Below, piece by piece: positions 39,628 to 46,995 of a stretch of 64,000 bases of DNA; positions within the stretch are counted from its first letter, which is position 1, and every line of letters begins with the position of its first letter. Under the pieces are notes generated by a model. That model was given only the letters and a program-made list of their open reading frames with translations, ran no database searches and was not told where the DNA came from. A program made the position numbers and the translations under genes. The stretch lies in IMG/VR virus record IMGVR_UViG_3300020046_010987, one strand, 5' to 3'. The stretch comes from an uncultured virus (IMG/VR IMGVR_UViG_3300020046_010987) (Duplodnaviria; Heunggongvirae; Uroviricota; Caudoviricetes).

Positions 39628-40520
39628 CCAACGATCTTACGCAGAGTGTCCGGCGAAAGCGGCCGCCACTGTTTCAGGGCATCGGGAATCAGCGCGCGGC
39701 GCGAAGCCATGATTTTCCCGATTTGATCGACGATCGGGTCGGAGCTCGCCGCGGTGAGCGCAGGGCCGCGGGCGGTGAGCTGTCGATACGCTTCTTCGAG
39801 CACTTCGCGCGGGGCCGCAGTCGTGCGTAGCTGGTCTGGGTGCAAGATCGCAGCGAGACGGCGCCCGTCTTTGCCCGTGCGCGTCTTGAGCTCTTCGACG
39901 AACGCAGCAGCCTGCTGCGCTTCCGGGGAGGTCGTAGCCCCTCGAGACGCCCCACCGGCCTGGTGGAACCGCACGCCTGCGTTGTAGAGCCGCTGTTCCT
40001 GTGCGGAGAGCGGACCATCCTGCGACAGGATGTCGTGAAGGTTCTTGTCGGGTTGGGCGTTGCCAGTTTCGTCGAGCCAGGTGCGGAAATCCTTCTTCAT
40101 CCCGGGCGTATCGAAAGGTTGAGTCTGCGCCTGATGCAGGGTGTTCCGATACTTGTTTTCGCGGATATACGCGCCCAGGCCCGCGGGCATCGTAAGATAG
40201 CCGCCTAGCCCTGCGCCGAGGCCTGCCCCGCGCAAGGGGCTGGGAGCGTCCTTGTCCTTCGGATTGCGCGCGAGGTTGGTCAGAATCGCGCCCGTTGCGC
40301 CGAGTCCGAGCACGGCAGGCGCCATCGCCTTCGCGGCTGCGAGACCCGGGGCCACATGGCTCTGCCACGGCATCTTCGGCCCTGCCGCGGCCGCGTTCGG
40401 CACGGCGCTACGACGCGACTTCGCTGCGTTCCACGCAGCACCGAAGACGTCTTCCGCGGTGTTCGCGAGTTTCAGCGCGTAGAGCGCTGCGTGCTGTCCC
40501 TGTTGGCGTGCCGTGGTCAT
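39624..40520 (-). CDS. Glycine-zipper putative head protein with a J-domain-like HPD remnant
   Basis: GQHAALYALKLA leader; GAGLGAGLGG; RRLAAILHPDQ. Confidence 0.55.
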   Translation of the reverse strand: MTTARQQGQHAALYALKLANTAEDVFGAAWNAAKSRRSAVPNAAAAGPKMPWQSHVAPGLAAAKAMAPAVLGLGATGAILTNLARNPKDKDAPSPLRGAGLGAGLGGYLTMPAGLGAYIRENKYRNTLHQAQTQPFDTPGMKKDFRTWLDETGNAQPDKNLHDILSQDGPLSAQEQRLYNAGVRFHQAGGASRGATTSPEAQQAAAFVEELKTRTGKDGRRLAAILHPDQLRTTAAPREVLEEAYRQLTARGPALTAASSDPIVDQIGKIMASRRALIPDALKQWRPLSPDTLRKIVG

Positions 40521-40532
40521 CAACAGTCCTCC

Positions 40533-40913
40533 TCAGGCGCCGGTGAGTGCGGGAGCGATCATGGCCGCGGTTCCCGCAGCTTGGCCCATGGGCGAGTTGA
40601 GCGCGCCGATCGCCTTCTGTCCGAAGCCCTTCATGGCGCCCATCGCGGGCTTCAGTGCTTGCCCCGCTTGCTGCAGCCCAGGCTTCATCGCCTGTGCACC
40701 TGCGCCGAGCGCCTTCACGCCCTGTCGCCCTGCGATGCCGAGCGCGCGGCCCGCCGTGGCGAGCGCCGGAGAGGCCTTGACCGCGGTGTAGCCCGCTCGA
40801 GCGGCGGTCGCGAGCGCCGGAAGCGCCTGCACGAAGGCGGCCTTCTCCTGCTCGGAGAGGCCGTAGAGGTCGAGGGCGGCGTCCATGCCTGCCTGCTTGT
40901 ACATCGAGGTCAT
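40533..40913 (-). CDS. Small amphipathic putative head protein
   Basis: YKQAGMDAALDLYGLSEQEKAA leader. Confidence 0.65.
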   Translation of the reverse strand: MTSMYKQAGMDAALDLYGLSEQEKAAFVQALPALATAARAGYTAVKASPALATAGRALGIAGRQGVKALGAGAQAMKPGLQQAGQALKPAMGAMKGFGQKAIGALNSPMGQAAGTAAMIAPALTGA

Positions 40914-41389
40914 ACGGGGCTTCCTTGGAGTCGGCGGCTGAAGGAGGTGTAGGAGTCGCCCACGTCCGCGCCGTAGCTCATGGTCTGCACGCCCTGCGTG
41001 AGACTCTGGCCAGGCGGCTTGTCCGTGCGAGGGTCGACGGACTGCACGGGCTTGGGGGCCTTGTAGGTCGTGGTCGAGGTCGTCGGCGCGACAGGGCTGC
41101 TGATGCCCCCGATGCCGGCTGCGAGTTTGACACCGAAGCGTGCGCGCGCAGCGGCGGCACCTGCGCGATGTGCGGGAGAGCGTGCAGCGCGCTTTTCGAT
41201 GTTCACGTTTGAAGACTCCGGCATGGATGAGCCTGGGTCAATGGCTTCGTTGCTCGCGAAGGCCTGGTCGATCGCGCTGACCCGGCGTGCCTGGCCGCCG
41301 GGCAGCCCCCGGAATGCATTGTCCGAGCCGAGCTCGGTGATGCCGGTGTACTCGGGTACCGTCCTAGTAATATCGGTATCGAGCGACAT
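40910..41389 (-). CDS. Putative head protein
   Basis: EKRAA...GAAAARARFGVKLAA; start uncertain. Confidence 0.55.
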   Translation of the reverse strand: MSLDTDITRTVPEYTGITELGSDNAFRGLPGGQARRVSAIDQAFASNEAIDPGSSMPESSNVNIEKRAARSPAHRAGAAAARARFGVKLAAGIGGISSPVAPTTSTTTYKAPKPVQSVDPRTDKPPGQSLTQGVQTMSYGADVGDSYTSFSRRLQGSPV

Positions 41390-41843
41390 TGCGGTATCCC
41401 GATGCGAGAGATCCATAGCCACTCTCAAGGTTCATCTGGATCTTGGCGGCCTTCACCGCTTCGTCCCATTCGGCCTTGAGCGCTTGCCACAGGTTCATGT
41501 ACTGGCTGAACTTGTCATCGACGCCGACAGGCGCGATGTCCCCGTCCTGGTAGGTCGCCTGGTTGCGCAGCTGTAGGAACGTGGCGCTCTTGATGAGGTA
41601 CCACGCGATGCCGAGGAGCTGTAGGTACCGCAGGTACGCAGGCCAGCCCTCGGGGTCGATGCTCGAGATCGGCGTCATCGCGTTGTAGGCGCTCGTGACG
41701 AAAATGACTGCCTGTTCCACGTCTTCCTGGGTGAACTCGACGTCGTCGAGCAGGATGTTGCGGTTCGGGTAGTCGCGCATGAACCTCCGTACCTGGTCGA
41801 CGGTGACTGCAGACGGGACTGCGGGTGTTCCGACGACGGGCAC
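41364..41843 (-). CDS. Head-tail adaptor-like protein
   Basis: AGGAG RBS before GTG; VRRFMRDYP..N.LLD..EF...QLRNQ..Y.DG. Confidence 0.6.
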   Translation of the reverse strand: MPVVGTPAVPSAVTVDQVRRFMRDYPNRNILLDDVEFTQEDVEQAVIFVTSAYNAMTPISSIDPEGWPAYLRYLQLLGIAWYLIKSATFLQLRNQATYQDGDIAPVGVDDKFSQYMNLWQALKAEWDEAVKAAKIQMNLESGYGSLASGYRNVARYRYY

Positions 41844-41883
41844 GAAGGCTCCTAGCGCTCGAGGACGAAGACGGGCGCGTGGC

Positions 41884-42357
41884 TCAGACCGAGACCCAGG
41901 CGGTGAGGCCGTTGCTCTGCAGGCGCCGCACGGGAGTGCCGGTGGCGAGCGCGAGCGTGGTGCCGCCGTCGATGGTGTCCGCGCCCGCGCGCGTGATCGT
42001 GACCGTGTTCGCGCCGGACGCGAAGTAGAAGTACACGATCGTCCCCGCCGGGACCGCGCTCGCTGCCATGAGCGTGAGCGCGTAGTCGGCGCCCGAGGTC
42101 GATGCGACGACCGCGCGGTCGCTCGCGGTGAGCGCTTCGACGCCGGTGACCGAGTTGTAGCCCGTCGGAGCACCGACGCCGCTGGCGTCGAGGATCACGA
42201 TGCCGATGCGCGCCGCGCGATCGCGATACGCGAGAGCGTCGATGTCGAAGATGGCGGCCGGGATGAGGCCAGCCTTGGACGAGCCTGCGTTGACCACGCC
42301 GAGGCCCAGCACGGCGGTCGGGGTGGCGCGGATGTTGTAGGCCGTGATGCTCTGCAT
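41884..42357 (-). CDS. Beta-rich virion protein (decoration or fibre-like)
   Basis: AGGAG RBS; ANTVTITRAGADTIDG motif typical of fibre proteins. Confidence 0.6.
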   Translation of the reverse strand: MQSITAYNIRATPTAVLGLGVVNAGSSKAGLIPAAIFDIDALAYRDRAARIGIVILDASGVGAPTGYNSVTGVEALTASDRAVVASTSGADYALTLMAASAVPAGTIVYFYFASGANTVTITRAGADTIDGGTTLALATGTPVRRLQSNGLTAWVSV

Positions 42358-42435
42358 GGGTCGAGACTCCTGGGAGGAGAGAGGGGAATCACACGCAGTC
42401 TACGCGGAGGGCTGCGTGCTGTAAACCGTACGATC

Positions 42436-43011
42436 TCAGAGAACGACTTCGGCGATGTCGGGCCCCCAGCCGGGAACTTCTTCGACAGGGGCCATGTAGA
42501 ACCGTACGACGTAGGTGTTTCCGGTCGGAAGGAGTAGCGGCGTCGTCCAGCGCCCGTCTGCGTTCGTGACGGTGAGTCCGAGCACCTGCGAATACAGCTT
42601 CTTGTCGTAGTTCTGCTTCGTGTAGACGCGCACGTCCGCGCCTGAGATCGGCTCGCCATTCGGCTTCACGTACCGGAGTGAGTCCGTGCCGCCCGTGTCT
42701 TGGTCGAGCTGGACGATGTTCTGCCCCGGAGGCGTGACGGGGGGCAGGTTCGGGCCAAAGGGCTCGAGCTCCGGGTCTTGGTACGCGTTGCCGTAGGTAT
42801 CGACCGAAAGCAGCCGGTAGAGGCGTAAGGGCGCATCGATGTCGTCGTACGCGAACACGTTCTCTGCAGCGACCCACTGCGGGCTCGTCGGCACGTTCAG
42901 AACGGTCAGGAGCTCCTGGAACGGGCCCGTGGGGCCGTCGTCGCCCACCTGCAGGCGGAACGCGATGATGTTGGGGCCCAAGGGCTTGAGCCACGAGACG
43001 CGCTGCGACAT
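42436..43011 (-). CDS. Ig-like putative virion protein
   Basis: NGEPISGADVRVY...TNADGRW...YVVRF. Confidence 0.6.
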   Translation of the reverse strand: MSQRVSWLKPLGPNIIAFRLQVGDDGPTGPFQELLTVLNVPTSPQWVAAENVFAYDDIDAPLRLYRLLSVDTYGNAYQDPELEPFGPNLPPVTPPGQNIVQLDQDTGGTDSLRYVKPNGEPISGADVRVYTKQNYDKKLYSQVLGLTVTNADGRWTTPLLLPTGNTYVVRFYMAPVEEVPGWGPDIAEVVL

Positions 43012-43036
43012 GCCCGCAGCATACTCTGCTGGGGGA

Positions 43037-43069
43037 ACGAAAACAGCCCCTGCTGGTGGGCAGGGGCTG
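43037..43069 (-). terminator. Rho-independent terminator after the capsid operon
   Basis: CAGCCCCTGC-ccacca-GCAGGGGCTG followed by TTTT. Confidence 0.75.
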
Positions 43070-43091
43070 CGTTCGTGGCGGGAGCTCGAGG

Positions 43092-43568
43092 TCAGCGCTT
43101 CTTGCGCGTCGTCGGGGCTGCGGGTTCCGGTTCGGACACAGGGGCCTCTTCACTCGCGACCGGCGCTTCCTCAGCGACGGGAGACGGCGCCTCCGAGACA
43201 GCAGGCTCGGTGGCGGGTGCAGGGGCTTCGGGTTCCGGCACGGGTTCCGGTTCCTTGGGCAGCGCAGGCGGCTCGACGACCGGGGCTGCGGGCGGCTGGC
43301 CGTTGCTGATGGCGCCGAACACGGCCTCGTAAGCGGTTCGCACTGCTACGGGATCGCGCTCGGAACGCTCGGCATCGTAGGCCGCGTCGGGGACCACCGA
43401 GCGATGCTCGAGGTGCTGCCGAAGGTGCGCATCCCGGAGTACCGACTCCGCGACACACACCCACTGCAGGTGGGTACCTGCAGGGCCCAGCGAGAGCACT
43501 CCATTGCTGGAGTCCCGAAGGTGGGGGTACATGAGGACCCCCGGAGTGGTGTTGCGAAGCCAGTACAT
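43092..43568 (-). CDS. Hypothetical protein with a Pro/Glu-rich tail
   Basis: Directly downstream of the major capsid gene. Confidence 0.6.
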   Translation of the reverse strand: MYWLRNTTPGVLMYPHLRDSSNGVLSLGPAGTHLQWVCVAESVLRDAHLRQHLEHRSVVPDAAYDAERSERDPVAVRTAYEAVFGAISNGQPPAAPVVEPPALPKEPEPVPEPEAPAPATEPAVSEAPSPVAEEAPVASEEAPVSEPEPAAPTTRKKR

Positions 43569-43573
43569 CAGGC

Positions 43574-44503
43574 TCACGCGATGTCGAGGCGGGTCACGCC
43601 ACGGGTGTTGCCGATGCCGATTCCGAGCGCCTCGTAGGCGTGGAACTGGATGATCTCGGCCTTCTGCTCGATGTAGAGCGTCGCGTCCTGGAGCAGGAAG
43701 AAGTTCCCGAGCCAGGTCTCCGGGGCGAAGATGTAGACCGAATCGGTCGATCCCGCGTGGCCGGTGACGATGTCGTTGTGGATCGTCGAGACGACCGGGT
43801 AGCCCCAGAGCTGCTTCTCCTTCGAGAGGCCCTCGTCGTACTGACGCGACGCGGCCTGGCCGATCGCGACGTACGGAAGGTCGAGCGCGTTGAGGTAGCA
43901 CGCGTCCGTCATGTACATCTTGCCGATGGGAACCTTGCGGTTGACCATGTTCTGCAGGCCCTGCTTGAACGCAGTCGCGTTCCAGGCCGGGGCGCCGACG
44001 ACCTGAGTCGGGGCAGCCGCCAAGATGGCGTCGAGGGTGCTGACGAACTTCGTGTCCTCCTGCTTCGCCATGTCCTTCACGGCGTTGTCGGAGAGGATCT
44101 TGCGGATGTCGTTCTGCTGCGTCATCAGCTCGAACTTGCTCTTGCGCCAGCGGGTGCTTTCGACCTTGCCGAAGTACACCGTGTAGCGCGGGCCGCGGAT
44201 GATGCCGCGGTCGGCCGTGCCGTAGAACGGCACGATGACAGCCGACGAGTTCGGCTCCTTCTCGACGATCTTGACCGGCTGGTCGGTGTCGTCGCGACGA
44301 TCGAGCTCGTCGTCCGCCAGCGTGACCGGCGTGATGATCTCGCGGACCGAGGCCTCCTGGCGGAGCTCGGTGCGGATGAACGCAGAGCCCGCTTCCGCGG
44401 CCTCCTTGGTCTGTCCCGCGTCGATCTTGCGGACCCAGTTGGCGTTGAGCTGCTGCGCCGAGACCTTCTCGGTTTCGGTCTTGTAGTTGAGGACGGACGG
44501 CAT
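43574..44503 (-). CDS. Major capsid protein (putative)
   Basis: 309 aa, extreme GC3 bias, GGAG RBS; FIR..LR.E...R.II.P...ED.KF...AYE..G.GIGN..G pattern; follows the protease, scaffold and cement genes. Confidence 0.75.
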   Translation of the reverse strand: MPSVLNYKTETEKVSAQQLNANWVRKIDAGQTKEAAEAGSAFIRTELRQEASVREIITPVTLADDELDRRDDTDQPVKIVEKEPNSSAVIVPFYGTADRGIIRGPRYTVYFGKVESTRWRKSKFELMTQQNDIRKILSDNAVKDMAKQEDTKFVSTLDAILAAAPTQVVGAPAWNATAFKQGLQNMVNRKVPIGKMYMTDACYLNALDLPYVAIGQAASRQYDEGLSKEKQLWGYPVVSTIHNDIVTGHAGSTDSVYIFAPETWLGNFFLLQDATLYIEQKAEIIQFHAYEALGIGIGNTRGVTRLDIA

Positions 44504-44551
44504 GGGTGGTGTCTCCAGTGTGTGTGGGGAAGGATCAGGCTTGGCCCGTCT

Positions 44552-44992
44552 TCAGAGGTCGATCTCGGCGGTGATGGTTCCGTCGACAGAGACGTTGTTC
44601 GCGATGACGAATCCCGCGAGCTGGGTGCCGCCGGCCAGGTCCATGAGGAGGCCCGCGGTGAAGGTGAGGCCGCCGCCGACCGGGAAGGACTGCGCCGCAC
44701 CGAGCTTGTCGGTCTTGATGGTCAGCTTGCCGCGGAGGCACATGACCTTACCGACGAAGACGGTGTCCTTGTCGATGTTGTTGCCTTCGACGACGACGTA
44801 GACCGGCTTGATGGCCACGGTCGCCGTCGACACGTCCACAGTACCGTCCGAGCGGAACTCGACGATGTGGCCGGGCTGGAGCGTGACCGGGAGGCCACCG
44901 CTGATTCGCGGCGGGAACGACTGGTCGACGTTGGAGTCGCCACCCGGCAGCCAGCCACGAAGAACTTCGAACTTGTCGTTGAGGGCAGTCAT
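44552..44992 (-). CDS. Capsid cement/decoration-like protein
   Basis: 146 aa beta-rich protein immediately upstream of the major capsid gene. Confidence 0.55.
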   Translation of the reverse strand: MTALNDKFEVLRGWLPGGDSNVDQSFPPRISGGLPVTLQPGHIVEFRSDGTVDVSTATVAIKPVYVVVEGNNIDKDTVFVGKVMCLRGKLTIKTDKLGAAQSFPVGGGLTFTAGLLMDLAGGTQLAGFVIANNVSVDGTITAEIDL

Positions 44993-45041
44993 GTTTCCTT
45001 GTCTCCAGAGTCAGAGGGTCGGGGGGAGCTGTGCCTGACGT

Positions 45042-45377
45042 TCAGCCCATCGCGAAAGCGACGATGGGATCCACGTAGGCGACCTTGGTGGTTGAGTCGT
45101 TGTCGTCTGCGGGCCCCCCGAGCGAGTCCGGAGAACCACCAGTGATCTTTGCGGTGCGCGTGAGGTGTGCGAGCACATCCTCATCGAGTCCTGCGAGTTT
45201 GGAGCGGAGTTCCGGCGAGAGCGTCTCACCGCTCACAGCTTCGAACGCCGAAACGGCTTCCGAGGCCTTCGCCTGACGTGCCGCGGTCTTCTCGCGCGCT
45301 CGAGCACCTTCGGTCGCGTCGATGTGCGCGGCCACCTGGTCGAGGAGATCTGCGAGAGCTGCGTGCTTGGTCGTCAT
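45042..45377 (-). CDS. Scaffold-like K-x-A protein
   Basis: KHAA, EKTAA, SKLA, TKVA; C-terminal DPIVAFAMG. Confidence 0.6.
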   Translation of the reverse strand: MTTKHAALADLLDQVAAHIDATEGARAREKTAARQAKASEAVSAFEAVSGETLSPELRSKLAGLDEDVLAHLTRTAKITGGSPDSLGGPADDNDSTTKVAYVDPIVAFAMG

Positions 45378-45889
45378 TGTCCGATTCCTCGCTGAAGATA
45401 GCGCAGAGACGTAGCGGCCTTCAAGATGGAGACCGCGTCTGCCGCAACTTTTTTCTGCTGCGTGTCGTCTTCTTCTCGAAGTTGGGCGGCGAGCTTGCGC
45501 AGCGCGTCGCCGAGCGGCGTCGCTTCCGAAGCAGCTTTCATGGTGAGCGGCGCGCCGCCCGACCCGGCTGTGACGCCGAGATTCGTGGTCTTGAGCGCCG
45601 GCAGCGTCGGAGTCGGCTGTGCCGATCCCACGCCACCGCCGGCGTTCGGAGACTGCGCGCCGGTGCCCGGCTGCGCGAACATCGCCGCCTTTTCGAAGGC
45701 GAGCTTCACGTCGGAGAGGGTCGCGTCCGAGATCTCATCGTGACGCAGCGCGTCGGCCGCCATCTTGAGCGCGGTGACGATCGGGAGCTGCTCGCGAGGA
45801 GCAGGCGTCTCGACGGCCGCCGCGGTCTTTGTGGTGGAGACACGGACCGATTCGATGAGCTGGTTGGTGAGGTCGATGATCGAGGACAC
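45374..45889 (-). CDS. Scaffold-like K-x-A protein
   Basis: About 8 K-x-A motifs. Confidence 0.6.
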   Translation of the reverse strand: MSSIIDLTNQLIESVRVSTTKTAAAVETPAPREQLPIVTALKMAADALRHDEISDATLSDVKLAFEKAAMFAQPGTGAQSPNAGGGVGSAQPTPTLPALKTTNLGVTAGSGGAPLTMKAASEATPLGDALRKLAAQLREEDDTQQKKVAADAVSILKAATSLRYLQRGIGQ

Positions 45890-45892
45890 CGG

Positions 45893-46372
45893 TCACTCCT
45901 GCGGGGACTTCGGGGGAGTCTCTTCGGAACCCTCTTCGGAGGGGCCCATCTGCGGCTTGCCGCCGAGGCCGAGGCCGCTGAGCAGCGAGTCGGTGCCGCG
46001 GTAGCCCGCAGCCGCCCCAAGTCCCGCGCCAAGACCTCCGCCGAGGATGTTTCCCATGATCATGCCAGGGACTACGCCCGTGCGACCCATGCGGCTTCTT
46101 CCGAGGTGGCTTCCGAGTTCGGCACCGCCGCGGGAACCGAGCACGGAGCCTCCGGCAGCGCCCGCAACCCCGCCGAGAAAGTCGAGACCCCCGCGTACAG
46201 CGCCTTGTCCCTCTTCGCCTTCAGGTGCCGCGCCCGCGCCGCGGATGGCTCCCAGCGGGGAGAACAGAGCCGCGGGCGCCGTACCGGCCATGGCCAGCGA
46301 CTTCTCGTTGCCCTCCAACATCTGTCGAAGCACCGCGGGATCGATGTCCGCGAACGGGTTCGCTGTCTTCAC
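45893..46372 (-). CDS. Glycine-zipper putative head protein
   Basis: GTGA overlap; begins (M)KTA; GGxxGAxxG helices. Confidence 0.55.
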   Translation of the reverse strand: MKTANPFADIDPAVLRQMLEGNEKSLAMAGTAPAALFSPLGAIRGAGAAPEGEEGQGAVRGGLDFLGGVAGAAGGSVLGSRGGAELGSHLGRSRMGRTGVVPGMIMGNILGGGLGAGLGAAAGYRGTDSLLSGLGLGGKPQMGPSEEGSEETPPKSPQE

Positions 46373-46956
46373 ACCCGGACGAAAGGGCGCGTCGGGACGC
46401 CTCCCGACGCCGACGCTGCCTTGGTCATCTCGGACAGGACACGCGCGGCGCACTGCTGCCCCGCGATGTGGATCTCGGCGGCGGTCTTGTGGAGCTCCTG
46501 GACCGTCTCGTCGAAGCCAGCCTGGTAGTCGTCGGCTGCATGCTTCTCGGAGTCGGCGACGCCCTTGGCGTAGGCCGCGGCCGCGATCTTCTCGAGATCG
46601 ACGTTCGACGCCACTGCCACTGCCGACGCCGTCTTCGCGCCGATCTGCGTGTCGTAGCCGCTGAGGCGCGCCATGAAGCTGTCGCAGAACGCAGCTCCCG
46701 CGAGCTTCGACTGCGCGACGAACGCGTCGGTCTCGGCCGCCGCGAGATCGGAGGCCATCTTGTCGAGGGACGGGAGCGCCGCCGGGGCCGAGGCCGCCGC
46801 GTCACTCGCCGATTTCGACGTGAGCGCCTGGACGGTGGCGAGGATCGGATCGACCGACGCCGGAGCCGCGACGGGCGCGGCGGCTGCAGCGGTCTTCTCC
46901 GTGCCTGCCGGGGCATCGTCGTTCAGGAGGGCGAAAAGGCGATCGATCGAGCTCAT
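46369..46956 (-). CDS. Scaffold-like K-x-A protein
   Basis: About 9 K-x-A motifs in 195 aa; GGAG RBS. Confidence 0.65.
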   Translation of the reverse strand: MSSIDRLFALLNDDAPAGTEKTAAAAAPVAAPASVDPILATVQALTSKSASDAAASAPAALPSLDKMASDLAAAETDAFVAQSKLAGAAFCDSFMARLSGYDTQIGAKTASAVAVASNVDLEKIAAAAYAKGVADSEKHAADDYQAGFDETVQELHKTAAEIHIAGQQCAARVLSEMTKAASASGGVPTRPFVRV

Positions 46957-46995
46957 GGTTGTTTCTCCGCACAGAGAGTTTCGGGGATCTTGGGA

